Shown here: piece by piece, positions 19,052 through 28,980 of the stretch
Position numbering within the stretch: position 1 is the first letter of the stretch
Layout: every line of letters begins with the position of its first letter
Assembly (NCBI GenBank): GCA_036405415.1
Contig: DASWXP010000002.1
Coordinates: forward strand, 48,097-112,096
DNA: 64,000 bases
Origin: Minisyncoccota bacterium
GTDB taxonomy: Bacteria > Patescibacteriota > Minisyncoccia > Phycocordibacterales > Phycocordibacteraceae
Reading direction: 5' to 3'
Notes under the pieces: model-generated
What the model was told of the DNA's origin: nothing
Databases searched by the model: none
What the model saw: only the letters and a program-made list of their open reading frames with translations
Made by a program: the position numbers and the translations under genes

Positions 19052-20113
19052 ATGGCAAAGAAGCAGCGATTCTCGAGGAACTCTCTCTTCTCGACCGATA
19101 TCGGTATCGACCTCGGTACCGGCAACACGCTCGTATACGTGCGTGGGCGGGGCATCGTGATCGCGGAGCCGTCGGTCGCGACCGTGAACGAGAAGACCGG
19201 ACAGCTGGTCGCGGTCGGAAAGGAAGCCAAGGCGATGCTCGGGAAGACGCCGCCGCATATCCGCGCGGTCCGTCCTCTCTCGCACGGCGTGATCTCTGAT
19301 TTTGAGGTTACGGAAGAGCTGCTCGCGTATTTCATAAACAAGGCGCAAGGCGGCCGCTCGCGCCTTTTCGGTCCGCGTGTGGTAGTGGGCGTGCCGACCG
19401 GCGTCACGAACGTTGAGAGTAGAGCGGTGCGCGACGCGGCGATGACGGCTGGCGCGCGCGAAGTATTCATACTCGAAGAGCCTATGGCCGGGGCTATCGG
19501 CGCGAAGCTCCCGGTCATGGAGGCGGTCGGCACCATGGTGCTCGATATCGGCGCCGGCACCACCGACATCGCGGTGATCGCGCTCGGTGGCTCGGTCGCC
19601 GGGAAGAGCTCGCAGGTAGCGGGCGACCGGTTCAACGACAACATCATCGACTACGTGAGGAGCGAGTTCCAGCTCGCCATCGGCGAGAAGACCGCCGAAG
19701 ACACGAAGGTGGCTGTCGGCGCGGTGCTCCCGCTCGCAGAATCGCTCGAGAAGGCGGTGCGCGGCCGCGACCTCGCTACGGGCCTGCCGCGCGAAATCAT
19801 CCTCACGGACTCTCATGTGCGCGAGGCGCTCGCGCCGTCCATGGAAGCCTTGATGGAAGCGATGAAGGAGGTCATCGAGAAGACGCCCCCGGAGCTTCTT
19901 TCGGACGTGCTTGAGCGCGGCGTAACGGTGTTCGGCGGAGGCGCCTTGCTGCGCGGCCTTCCGGAGCTCCTTGCGAAGATGCTCGGCGTGCCGGTGCATG
20001 TCGCGAGCGATCCGCTTACGGCCGTGGTGCGCGGCACGGGCGTGGTAACGGAAGACCCGCGTCCGTGGCAGGACGCATTCATGCATGAGGAAGCGATTCT
20101 CCCGAAGGCATAA
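19052..20113 (+). CDS. mreB: Rod shape-determining protein MreB (operonic)
   Basis: GIDLGTGN, DIGAGTT, GGGALL; followed by mreC. Confidence 0.95.
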   Translation: MAKKQRFSRNSLFSTDIGIDLGTGNTLVYVRGRGIVIAEPSVATVNEKTGQLVAVGKEAKAMLGKTPPHIRAVRPLSHGVISDFEVTEELLAYFINKAQGGRSRLFGPRVVVGVPTGVTNVESRAVRDAAMTAGAREVFILEEPMAGAIGAKLPVMEAVGTMVLDIGAGTTDIAVIALGGSVAGKSSQVAGDRFNDNIIDYVRSEFQLAIGEKTAEDTKVAVGAVLPLAESLEKAVRGRDLATGLPREIILTDSHVREALAPSMEALMEAMKEVIEKTPPELLSDVLERGVTVFGGGALLRGLPELLAKMLGVPVHVASDPLTAVVRGTGVVTEDPRPWQDAFMHEEAILPKA

Positions 20114-20873
20114 TTCCATAGTAGGCGCGTACCCGTGGCTCGGGCCAGCGGCGCTCGCGCTGCTCGCACTTGTGCTGGTATTTGGCATGCTCCGGATATT
20201 GCTTCCAGGCGCGCTCGTGGCGCTAGCATCCCCGTTCTGGGCTACGGGGTCCGCGCTCTCAGCAGGCGTCGGGAACGCGAGCGGACTCTTCGCGGATAAG
20301 CCGTCCTTGCTTGAAGAGCGGGACCGTCTCCTGTCTGAGAACGCGGCTCTCTACGCGAAGAGCGCGACGCTCGAAGCACAGGTAGCGGACCTTGAGCGGC
20401 TTTTGGGAGACCGCACCGAAGCGGGAAGCGGCGTGCTCGCGGGCGTGCTCGCGCGCCCTCCGGTATCCCCGTACGACACGCTGATCGTGGATCAGGGCGA
20501 GCGCGCAGGCGTTTCAGTCGGAATGCGCGCAGAAGGACCGGGCGGCATGCCGCTCGGCACGGTTGAGAGCGTGTCAGGCGGGTCAGCACGCATCGTCCTC
20601 TACTCGGCTCCCGGCAAGGAGACTGAGAGCTGGATCGGGGAAGCGCGCATCCCGGTTACTGTACTAGGCGAAAGCGCAGGAGCGATGAGCGCGGTCGTGG
20701 CGCGCGAAGCAGGCATCGTCCCGGGAGACCTCGTCTACGTCGCAGGTTCCGGCGCGCGTCCGGTCGGGACGGTCGTCTCGGTCGCGAACGACCCCTCGCT
20801 GCCGCGCTCGCGCGTCGATATCCGCCCGCTTGCCAATCCCTTTTCGATCACATGGGTGACCCTCGTGCCGTAA
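20085..20873 (+). CDS. mreC: Rod shape-determining protein MreC
   Basis: TM, coiled coil and beta domain (LIVDQG...GV); synteny. Confidence 0.8.
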   Translation: MRKRFSRRHNSIVGAYPWLGPAALALLALVLVFGMLRILLPGALVALASPFWATGSALSAGVGNASGLFADKPSLLEERDRLLSENAALYAKSATLEAQVADLERLLGDRTEAGSGVLAGVLARPPVSPYDTLIVDQGERAGVSVGMRAEGPGGMPLGTVESVSGGSARIVLYSAPGKETESWIGEARIPVTVLGESAGAMSAVVAREAGIVPGDLVYVAGSGARPVGTVVSVANDPSLPRSRVDIRPLANPFSITWVTLVP

Positions 20874-21124
20874 TGCGTGTCATGTCCATCATCCTCGCGC
20901 TTATCGCGCTCTTCATATTCCCGTGGCAGGTAGCGCTCATTGCTGTTTTTGGCGCCTCTCTCCTTACGCCGCTCTCGGGTATCGCGCTCGGCATCGTCGC
21001 TGACCTGGTGTACTTCGTTCCAGGAGCGGCATTCGTACCGTATTTCTCGCTCTTCGGACTTATCGCTACGGCAATCGGCTTTCTCGTGCAGCGTTTCGTG
21101 AAGACGCGTATCATAGGGGAATGA
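20873..21124 (+). CDS. Small membrane protein at the MreD position
   Basis: Hydrophobic, TAATG-coupled to mreC. Confidence 0.6.
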   Translation: MRVMSIILALIALFIFPWQVALIAVFGASLLTPLSGIALGIVADLVYFVPGAAFVPYFSLFGLIATAIGFLVQRFVKTRIIGE

Positions 21125-22794
21125 TCTTCGGGCGATTCAGGAGACCTAGGCGCGGGCTTGAGCTCAACCCTGACGACATATTCCTCGACGCGTCGAACCT
21201 CTCAGGGTTCGACCAGAGCAGGCTTGAAGGACGTCTTGAGCGCCCGGTAGCGGAGCGCACCTTCGCGACGATCGGACTCGTCGTGGGCCTTCTCTTCATC
21301 GCCCTCATGGCGCAGGCAGCGAACCTGCAGATCATTAAGGGGAAGGAATACGCAGAGCGCTCTGAGCGCAACCGCCTGCGTCCTGAAGTGCTGTTCGCAG
21401 AGCGCGGTGCCATAGTCGACCGCAACGGCACTCCGCTCGTATATAACGAGCAGGGCGAGGACGGGTTCGTCCGGCGCGTATACGAATACCCGGGATTCTC
21501 GCATCTCCTCGGGTACGTGTCGTATCCGAAGAAGGATTCTTCCGGCAATTTCTACGAGACGGAGATAAAGGGACTGAACGGCGTGGAAGAAGCGATGGAT
21601 ACGGTCCTGGCAGGAGAGAACGGCACGTTGCTCGTCGAGGAGGACGCGCATGGCGATTTGCAGTCTTCCGGGACCGTGAAGCCTTCGCGCAAGGGCGAGA
21701 CGGTAACGCTCGCGATCGACGCGCGAGCGCAGCGCGCGTTCGCGAACGCAGTATCGGAACTCGCCGACCGCATCCCGTTCATGGGAGGCTCGGCGATCCT
21801 CATGGACGTGAACACCGGAGAGGTGCATGCGCTCGTGTCCTATCCCGAGTACGATCCGAACGTGCTTTCTTCGGGAGGGCCTTCGGACGTGATCGCGTCG
21901 TACCAGACGAACTCGCGCCGCGTCTATCTTGATCGTGCGGTGTCGGGTCTCTACACGCCAGGCTCCATCATAAAGCCGATGGAAGCGGCAGGAGCGATCT
22001 CGGACGGCGTAGTCTCGCCGTCCTGGGGCATCGTCTCGACCGGCTCCATCTCGATCCCGAACCCGTACGATCCGTCCCGACCATCGATCTTCAAGGACTG
22101 GAAGGCGCATGGGTATGTCGATGCGCGTCGCGCTATCGCCGTGTCTTCGGACGTGTACTTCTACGCGGTCGGCGGCGGGTACGGCGACGTGAAAGGGCTC
22201 GGCATAGAGCGTCTCAAGTACTGGTATGACGCGTTCGGCTTCACGAGTCCTACTGGCATAGAGCTTTCAGGCGAAGCGTCCGGCTTCGTGCCGACGCCTG
22301 CATGGAAGCAAGAGAAGTTCGGGGACCCTTGGCGTCTCGGCGACACGTACAACACGTCGATTGGACAGTACGCGATGCAGGTGACACCGCTCGAGGCCGC
22401 ACGGGCCGTTGCCGCGATTGCGAACGGCGGCATGCTGGTGAAGCCAACCCTTATCAAAGATGCGCCCTTGCAGGGACAGACCATCCAGATTAGCAAAGAT
22501 GCGATACGGGTCGCGCAGGAGGGCATGCGCATGGGAACAACCGAAGGAACTTCCATCGGACTGAATGCGCTCCCGTTCGTGAAGGTTGCCGGCAAGACCG
22601 GTACGGCGCAGCTCGGGGTTAACAACGAGTTCTATAACTCGTGGTCCGTAGGGTACTTCCCGTACGACAAGCCGAAATACGTGTGGGTGGTAGTGATGGA
22701 GCGCGGTCCGTCTACGAACGCTATCGGCGGCATCTTCGCTACCTATCAGGCGCTCTCGGAACTGCACCGCACCGCGCCTGAGTATTTCGAATAG
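21121..22794 (+). CDS. mrdA: Penicillin-binding protein 2
   Basis: RGAIVDRNG, SIIK (SxxK), SSD, KTGT; follows mreBC. Confidence 0.88.
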   Translation: MIFGRFRRPRRGLELNPDDIFLDASNLSGFDQSRLEGRLERPVAERTFATIGLVVGLLFIALMAQAANLQIIKGKEYAERSERNRLRPEVLFAERGAIVDRNGTPLVYNEQGEDGFVRRVYEYPGFSHLLGYVSYPKKDSSGNFYETEIKGLNGVEEAMDTVLAGENGTLLVEEDAHGDLQSSGTVKPSRKGETVTLAIDARAQRAFANAVSELADRIPFMGGSAILMDVNTGEVHALVSYPEYDPNVLSSGGPSDVIASYQTNSRRVYLDRAVSGLYTPGSIIKPMEAAGAISDGVVSPSWGIVSTGSISIPNPYDPSRPSIFKDWKAHGYVDARRAIAVSSDVYFYAVGGGYGDVKGLGIERLKYWYDAFGFTSPTGIELSGEASGFVPTPAWKQEKFGDPWRLGDTYNTSIGQYAMQVTPLEAARAVAAIANGGMLVKPTLIKDAPLQGQTIQISKDAIRVAQEGMRMGTTEGTSIGLNALPFVKVAGKTGTAQLGVNNEFYNSWSVGYFPYDKPKYVWVVVMERGPSTNAIGGIFATYQALSELHRTAPEYFE

Positions 22795-22863
22795 ATTGAC
22801 GCCCGGTAGGGGTCCCGTACAATACCCCTAACCAACAGCGTTCATATTTCATTCATTACACCC

Positions 22864-23334
22864 ATGACCGAGCAGGAGACTGTCGTAAGCCAGGAAAAGT
22901 TCGACGAGATGATCAAGGAGCTCGAGCACCTCAAGACCGTCCGTCGTACCGAGATCGCGGAGAACCTCGAGTACGCTCGCTCGCTCGGGGACCTTTCTGA
23001 GAACGCTGAATACCAGGAGGCACGTGAGCTTCAGGCCGCTACCGAAGAGCGCATCAGGAAGCTCGAGGAGCTCGTGAAGCGCGCGAAGATCGTGACTGAC
23101 GGCAAGAAGAAGGACGTCGTAGGATTCGGCTCCACCGTCACCATCAAGAAGGACGGGGCAGGCGAGGCGCATGAGTACACTATCGTCGGCTCGGAAGAGG
23201 CGGACATGCGCGTACACAAGCTCTCGCATGTCTCTCCGCTTGGCGCGGCGCTCATGGGCAAGAAGAAGGGGGACGTCTTCACCTTCGAGACGCCTAACGG
23301 GAAGCAGACCTACACCGTAGAGAAGGTTGCATAG
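22864..23334 (+). CDS. greA: Transcription elongation factor GreA
   Basis: GDLSENAEY, SPLGAAL. Confidence 0.96.
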   Translation: MTEQETVVSQEKFDEMIKELEHLKTVRRTEIAENLEYARSLGDLSENAEYQEARELQAATEERIRKLEELVKRAKIVTDGKKKDVVGFGSTVTIKKDGAGEAHEYTIVGSEEADMRVHKLSHVSPLGAALMGKKKGDVFTFETPNGKQTYTVEKVA

Positions 23335-23336
23335 CT

Positions 23337-23362
23337 GAAAGGCGGCCCGAGGGCCGCCTTTT
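23337..23362. terminator. Bidirectional terminator
   Basis: AAAGGCGGCCC-GA-GGGCCGCCTTT. Confidence 0.85.
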
Positions 23363-23376
23363 GCGTTTGCTGCATT

Positions 23377-23877
23377 CTACAGCGCCGTGCCGGGACTGTA
23401 CCCGCACGATCCGACGAAGTGGCCCCGGTCTCGGTGATGTCGTGCCGCGTTGCGAGCGGCCCTCCACTGTCCGTTGCTCGTTCTCCGGGGAACCTTAAGC
23501 GCACCCTTCAGGGAATCAGTGAAGCGCGCAAGCGGCTTCCCGGAATAGACCCCTGAATCGCTGCGTGCCCGCTTCACCAGAACCAGACGCGGATGATGCG
23601 CGAGCCCAGGATCGATCTCGACGCCGCGCTGGGCGAGGTCTTGTTCGCGCGCTCCTGCTTCGCTGCGCAGGGTACAGGCAAAGTTGCCCTTGATAGGGGT
23701 GTCTCTCGAACAGGAGACGAGCACGATCGCGTCGTGGGGCACAGGATTCCCGTGCTCCACGAAGCGCGGCTCCCACCGAGCGCTCGAGAATGAACGGATG
23801 GTTGCGCTGAGCTGACTCAGCACGGCACCCTCCATGCCGACCAGGACGATGGGTTGGATACGAGCCAATGTATGCAC
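23377..23877 (-). CDS. Hypothetical orphan protein downstream of attenuator
   Basis: GTG start preceded by AAGAGGAAG; ends before the shared terminator. Confidence 0.55.
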   Translation of the reverse strand: MHTLARIQPIVLVGMEGAVLSQLSATIRSFSSARWEPRFVEHGNPVPHDAIVLVSCSRDTPIKGNFACTLRSEAGAREQDLAQRGVEIDPGLAHHPRLVLVKRARSDSGVYSGKPLARFTDSLKGALKVPRRTSNGQWRAARNAARHHRDRGHFVGSCGYSPGTAL

Positions 23878-23952
23878 GGGTTGCTTCCTCTTGCTTTGGG
23901 AACTAGGCGGTTCCCGGTTGAAAGATCTGTACTTCGCTTGCCTGTAACGAAG

Positions 23953-24113
23953 GAGCCCCCGTCCGTTTCCGGTCGGGGGCTCGTTTCAAGTTTCTTCGTT
24001 TACTTTTTCGTAGAAACCTCAAGCGAAACCCCGACCGGACGAATGAGTCCGACGTAGACGAGGGCGGTAAAGACGAAGTTGCAGATCGCTTGATTCATTG
24101 CCGTATGAGCATA
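23953..24113 (-). promoter_or_regulatory. Ribosome-mediated attenuator (leader peptide plus alternative hairpins)
   Basis: TATGCT -10 box, 32-codon leader, leader segment complementary to the 5' arm of the hairpin at 23953-23982. Confidence 0.75.
24000..24098 (-). CDS. Leader peptide MNQAICNFVFTALVYVGLIRPVGVSLEVSTKK
   Basis: Leaderless ATG 9 nt after -10 box; Val/Leu/Ile cluster overlapping the first hairpin. Confidence 0.7.
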   Translation of the reverse strand: MNQAICNFVFTALVYVGLIRPVGVSLEVSTKK

Positions 24114-24168
24114 GCTTGAATCCGCGATTGCTCCAAATGCCGGTTATACACAACTTCCTGTACGGAAC

Positions 24169-24225
24169 GTGAAGGGAAGTGGGGCGTAGTGTCATATAAT
24201 TGTGTATACGTGGGATGAAGTGGGA
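24169..24225 (+). promoter_or_regulatory. MraZ-box repeats around the mraZ promoter
   Basis: GTG(GG) units at 24169, 24179, 24189, 24210 and 24220 (~10 bp period) flanking TATAAT at 24195-24200. Confidence 0.75.
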
Positions 24226-24257
24226 ACAGGTTCCCTTCATCCTCCGCCGAAACTTCC

Positions 24258-24692
24258 ATGCTCATCGGAGAATACCGCCACACCCTCGACGCGAAGAACC
24301 GGCTTTCCTTGCCGGCGAAGTTCCGTAAGGAGCTCGGCGCATCGGTCATCGTGACGCGCGGCCTCGATCACTGCCTCTTCGTATACCCGAAGGCGGCCTG
24401 GAAGAAGGAAGCGCAGAAGTTCTCGGCGCACTCCTCAGGCACCGCAGCGGGCCGTGCGTTCGCGCGCCTCATGCTTGCAGGCGCTTCCGAAGCGGACGTC
24501 GACAGCGCCGGCCGCATCCTCGTGCCTGATTACCTGAAGTCCTACGCTACCCTCTCGGGGAAGTGCGTGGTTGCCGGCGTCTCGGACCGTGTCGAGCTCT
24601 GGGACGAAGCGGCATGGGAGAGCTACACCAAGGATATCGAGCGGGATGCGGACTCGTTCGCTGAAGCTCTCGGCGCTAAGGCGCTCCAATAG
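24258..24692 (+). CDS. mraZ: Division/cell wall cluster repressor MraZ
   Basis: GEYRHTLDAKNRLSLPAKFR, DSAGRILVP, RVELW. Confidence 0.96.
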   Translation: MLIGEYRHTLDAKNRLSLPAKFRKELGASVIVTRGLDHCLFVYPKAAWKKEAQKFSAHSSGTAAGRAFARLMLAGASEADVDSAGRILVPDYLKSYATLSGKCVVAGVSDRVELWDEAAWESYTKDIERDADSFAEALGAKALQ

Positions 24693-24695
24693 CAT

Positions 24696-25646
24696 ATGGA
24701 AGGCCGTCACGACACCGTTCTCCTCGAAGAAGCCGTCGATGTGCTCGACGTACAGGCAACGGACGCTGTCGTGGATGCGACCTTGGGCGGCGCAGGGCAT
24801 TTCGCGCTCCTTCTCGGGAAGCTCGGGAAGAACGGCGCGCTCATGGGAATCGATGCCGATGAGGACGCTATCGCGCGCGCAAACAAGGTAGTTGCTGAAG
24901 TCTCAGAAGCGGATCGACCTAAGGTATCCCTCATGCACGGGAACTTCCGCGAGCTTGCGACCATGCTCGACGAAGCAGGCATGACGCCGGACAAGGTACT
25001 CTTTGACCTCGGATGGAGCGGCTTCCACCTCACGCGCGGCCGCGGCTTCTCCTTCAAGGCGGATGAGCCGCTTCACATGACCTACGGGGACCCGGCTCAG
25101 GGCACTACCGCCGCAGATCTCGTGAACCATCTTTCCGAGGCGTCGCTCGCGGACATGCTGTGGTCCTTGGGCGAGGAGCGCTTCGCGCGCTCGATCGCGC
25201 GCTCGATCGTCGCAGCCCGTGAGAACAGGCCGCTTGAGACGACGAGCGACCTCGTAGCGGCTATCGAGCAGGGCGTCCCGTCCTGGTACCGGCATCGCCG
25301 CATCCATCCGGCAACGAAGACCTTCCAGGCGCTGCGCATCGCGGTTAACGACGAGCTCGGCGCGCTGCGCGAGGGCCTTGCGGCAGCCCTCGAGCGCGTC
25401 CCTGCCGGCGGACGCATTGCGGTCATAACCTTCCACAGCATCGAAGACAGGATCGTAAAGACCCTGTTCCGCGAGGCGGTGGAAGCCGGGAAGGGAAGCC
25501 TGCTTACGAGAAAGCCCTTAGCCCCGTCGGTCCAAGAGACCGTACGGAATCCGCGAGCCAGATCCGCGAAGCTCCGCACGTTCGTCTCGGGCCCTCAAGA
25601 AATTAAGAAACGCATCAATCTAACCTCGTTCCCCGCTTATGCCTAG
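24696..25646 (+). CDS. rsmH: 16S rRNA m4C1402 methyltransferase
   Basis: DATLGGAGH, DLGWS, HPATKTFQALRIAVN, FHSIEDRIVK. Confidence 0.96.
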   Translation: MEGRHDTVLLEEAVDVLDVQATDAVVDATLGGAGHFALLLGKLGKNGALMGIDADEDAIARANKVVAEVSEADRPKVSLMHGNFRELATMLDEAGMTPDKVLFDLGWSGFHLTRGRGFSFKADEPLHMTYGDPAQGTTAADLVNHLSEASLADMLWSLGEERFARSIARSIVAARENRPLETTSDLVAAIEQGVPSWYRHRRIHPATKTFQALRIAVNDELGALREGLAAALERVPAGGRIAVITFHSIEDRIVKTLFREAVEAGKGSLLTRKPLAPSVQETVRNPRARSAKLRTFVSGPQEIKKRINLTSFPAYA

Positions 25647-25917
25647 CAAGACCATCCCGTATCTCGGATACACCGCAGCCGCGCTCGTCGCTGCGTACCT
25701 TATGCTGGTTGCCGTCACGGTCTCCATGGCAGCGTGGAAGACAAGCCTTTCGATCGAGGTGCATGAGACCGAGCAGGACATCGCGCGCCTCGAGGGCCGA
25801 TTCTACGCAATGGTTTCCGACATCGATAGGGCGGACCCGGGAAGCCGAGGACTCGAGAAGCCGAAGAGCGTGACCTACGCGACGACTCAGGCAGCACCGA
25901 CCGTCTCCATCCGCTAG
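25639..25917 (+). CDS. FtsL-like small bitopic protein
   Basis: TM plus coiled coil between rsmH and PBP. Confidence 0.65.
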   Translation: MPSKTIPYLGYTAAALVAAYLMLVAVTVSMAAWKTSLSIEVHETEQDIARLEGRFYAMVSDIDRADPGSRGLEKPKSVTYATTQAAPTVSIR

Positions 25918-25921
25918 CGGT

Positions 25922-27652
25922 ATGCGCAGGGCGATACGGCTCAGACTCCGGCTCCTCACCTTCGGGCTCGCGGCCGTCGCGCTCCTTCTTGTTACGCGTC
26001 TCTATTTCGTGCAGGTAGTGCATGGCGGGGAGTTCGGTTTGCGGGCCGAACGCCAGTACATGTCCGCGAGCCAGGAGCTCTTTGATCGCGGCTCCATCTA
26101 CTTCACCAGGAAGGACGGGAGTATGCTTTCGGCTGCGACCCTGGTTACGGGCTTCACGGTTGCGATGAGCCCGAAGCTGGTCGAAGATCCGGAAGCCGCG
26201 TACGTCGCTATCAATGCTATCTTCCCGATCGAGCGGGAGCCGTTCTTCCAGTCGGTCGCGCGCAAGGAGGACCCGTACGAGGTTGTCGCCAAGCGCGTGC
26301 CGGAAGACGAGGGGCGCGCTATCGAGGCGCTCGGACTCGAGGGAATTTCTGTGTCCCGGGAGCGCTGGCGCGCGTACCCGGGCGAGACCCGCGCCGCGCA
26401 GTCTATCGGGTTCGTCGCGTTCGACGACGACGACACGATCGCGGGACGTTTCGGGCTTGAGCGCTACTACGAGGACGTGCTCTCGCGCGGCTCCACCGGC
26501 GTGTTCGGGAACTTCTTCGCGGAGCTTTTCGCGAACATCGACAACGCGGTCGCGGACGGCCGCGGCGCGCGCGAGGGCGACCTCGTGACCAGTATCGAGC
26601 CGATGGTGCAGGAGAAGCTCGATCAGGTGCTCCTTTCCATAAACGCGCAGTACGGGAGCCGCGAGACCGGCGGCATCATCATGGACCCCAAGACCGGCGC
26701 CATCATCGCGCTCGATACCGCGCCGTCTTTTAACCTGAACGATTTCCAGAATGGGGACTCGACGCACTTCGGGAATCCGCTCGTGGAGCACCGGTACGAG
26801 TTTGGCTCCATCGTGAAGGCGCTTACCATGGCCGCGGGCCTCGATTCGGGTGCTGTAGGGCCTACCTCGACCTACAACGATACGGGCTGTACCACGCTCA
26901 ACAACAAGACGTTCTGCAATTACGACCTCAAGGCGCGCGGCGGCGGGACACCGATGCAGGAAGTGCTCTCGCAGTCCCTTAACATGGGTGCCGCATATAT
27001 AGCGCTCCAGGTAGGGCACGAGCGCTTCCGCGGATACTTCAAGGATCTCGGCATGAACACGGAGACCGGCATCGACCTGCCGAGCGAGATCCGCGGGGAC
27101 CTCGCGAACATCGAGACGAGTCCGCGCGATATCGAGTACGCGACCGCGTCTTACGGACAGGGTATCGCGCAGACGCCTATCGCCATGATCCGGGCGCTTG
27201 GCGCGCTCGCGAATGACGGGCAGATCGTCACGCCGCACCTGGTATCGAAGGTGCGTCTCGAGTCAGGGATCGAGAAGCAGCTTTCCTGGGGCATGCCGGA
27301 GCGCGTGTTCAGCTCGAAGGCAGCGGAAGACACGACGCGCATGCTGGTCGAGGTGGTGGACGCGAAGCTCGCCGGAGGGACCGTCAAGATCCCGGAGATG
27401 AGCGTCGCCGCGAAGACCGGTACCGCGCAGATCGCAGGCCCGGGCGGCAAGTACGCAGAAGGCAAGTACTTCCACTCCTTCTTCGGGTACTTCCCGGCGT
27501 ACGAGCCCCGGTTCATCATCCTGCTGTACACGAGGGAGCCGGGAGGGGTACAGTACGCTTCCGAGACCCTCACGCACCCCTTCATGGAGCTCACACATTT
27601 CCTGATCAATTATTACGAGATCCCGCCTGACCGGGCAGACTATCCTTCGTAA
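25922..27652 (+). CDS. ftsI: Division penicillin-binding protein (FtsI-type)
   Basis: SIVK, SLN, KTGT; dcw synteny. Confidence 0.88.
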   Translation: MRRAIRLRLRLLTFGLAAVALLLVTRLYFVQVVHGGEFGLRAERQYMSASQELFDRGSIYFTRKDGSMLSAATLVTGFTVAMSPKLVEDPEAAYVAINAIFPIEREPFFQSVARKEDPYEVVAKRVPEDEGRAIEALGLEGISVSRERWRAYPGETRAAQSIGFVAFDDDDTIAGRFGLERYYEDVLSRGSTGVFGNFFAELFANIDNAVADGRGAREGDLVTSIEPMVQEKLDQVLLSINAQYGSRETGGIIMDPKTGAIIALDTAPSFNLNDFQNGDSTHFGNPLVEHRYEFGSIVKALTMAAGLDSGAVGPTSTYNDTGCTTLNNKTFCNYDLKARGGGTPMQEVLSQSLNMGAAYIALQVGHERFRGYFKDLGMNTETGIDLPSEIRGDLANIETSPRDIEYATASYGQGIAQTPIAMIRALGALANDGQIVTPHLVSKVRLESGIEKQLSWGMPERVFSSKAAEDTTRMLVEVVDAKLAGGTVKIPEMSVAAKTGTAQIAGPGGKYAEGKYFHSFFGYFPAYEPRFIILLYTREPGGVQYASETLTHPFMELTHFLINYYEIPPDRADYPS

Positions 27653-27654
27653 TC

Positions 27655-28938
27655 ATGAAAGCACTCATAAAGATGCTCGTAGCGTGGTACCTCGCCGTCC
27701 TGGCGCGAGCCATCCTCAAGAAGTACCGTCCCTTGGTAGTCATGGTCACGGGAAGCGTCGGCAAGACCTCGACCAAGGACGCTACCGCAGCGGTCCTGGC
27801 AAATCGCTTCAACCTGCGTGCGAGCGAGAAGAGCTATAACAGCGAGTTCGGCGTCCCGCTCACCATCATCGGCGCGAAGAACCCGTGGGAGAACCCGGTC
27901 GCATGGATACGCGTATTCCAAGAGGCGCTTGCGCTCATTCTCCTCCCGAACCATTACCCGAAGCTTCTCGTGCTCGAGGTTGGGGCAGACCGCCCAGGAG
28001 ACCTCGCTAAGATTCTCCGGTTCGCGGACCCTGACGCGGTTGTCGTTACCCGGCTTCCGGAGGTGCCGGTGCACGTAGAAGCGTATGCGAGCCCGCAGGC
28101 GGTGCGCGAGGAAGAATTTGCGCCTGCGTATGCGCTTACGCCCGGAGAGCCCCTTATCATCTCCGCGGACGATCCGTATGCGGTATCCATGAGCGGCAGG
28201 CTCCCGGCAAAGCTCTCTACCTTCGGGTTCGCGGACGGCGCAACGGTCCGTCTCTCTGGCTATTCGTTCTACGAAGAAGACGAGGAATGCGGTATGGAAG
28301 CGGCGCTCGAGATAGGAGGAAGGTCCTTCGTGCTCCGAGTGAAAGACGCGCTCGGCCGCTCGCAGTTGTATGCGCCCGCTGCCGGAATCGCGTGCGCACT
28401 CGCGCTCGGCATGTCTGCCGAAGACGCGCTCGAGGGTGCAAGCAATTACGTCTCTCCTGCAGGGCGCGGCCGAATCCTCCGCGGGAAAGATGGCGCCCTT
28501 ATAATCGACGACTCGTATAACGCTTCGCCTGCTGCCGTAGAGGAAGCGCTCGCTGCGCTTTCGCTCATCCAGGGAGGGTCGCGCAGGATAGCAGTCCTTG
28601 GCGACATGCTCGAGCTCGGACGGTATTCCGCAGAAGAGCATCGGCGCATCGGAACGCTTGCCGCTGCGGGCGCAGACGTTGTTGTCGCGGTAGGCATGCG
28701 TGCTCGCGCCATAGCAGAAGCCGCACGCGAAGCGGGGCTTGCCGGAGACAAGGTGCTTTCCTTTGACTCCTCTATGGACGCTGCTGAGGCGCTCGCGGGA
28801 ATGGTGGGGAAGGGAGACGTCGTCCTCGTGAAGGGTTCGCAAGGCATCCGCACCGAGCGGGTCGCAGCCGCGCTCCTTAAGGACGAGGCGGATCGCGCGA
28901 AGCTGGTGCGCCAGGAGCGCGAGTGGCAGCGCCGCTAG
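27655..28938 (+). CDS. murF: UDP-MurNAc-tripeptide--D-Ala-D-Ala ligase
   Basis: VTGSVGKTSTK, DDSYNASP, LGDMLELG, LVKGS. Confidence 0.92.
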   Translation: MKALIKMLVAWYLAVLARAILKKYRPLVVMVTGSVGKTSTKDATAAVLANRFNLRASEKSYNSEFGVPLTIIGAKNPWENPVAWIRVFQEALALILLPNHYPKLLVLEVGADRPGDLAKILRFADPDAVVVTRLPEVPVHVEAYASPQAVREEEFAPAYALTPGEPLIISADDPYAVSMSGRLPAKLSTFGFADGATVRLSGYSFYEEDEECGMEAALEIGGRSFVLRVKDALGRSQLYAPAAGIACALALGMSAEDALEGASNYVSPAGRGRILRGKDGALIIDDSYNASPAAVEEALAALSLIQGGSRRIAVLGDMLELGRYSAEEHRRIGTLAAAGADVVVAVGMRARAIAEAAREAGLAGDKVLSFDSSMDAAEALAGMVGKGDVVLVKGSQGIRTERVAAALLKDEADRAKLVRQEREWQRR

Positions 28939-28980
28939 CCCTGGCGTCACGCGCGGCTTTCTGGTATAAAAGTCCTGACC

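Noticed and set aside
24169-24225. 10-bp periodic GTGGG repeats as a novel element
   Set aside because: Explained by known MraZ autoregulatory boxes; listed as a feature.
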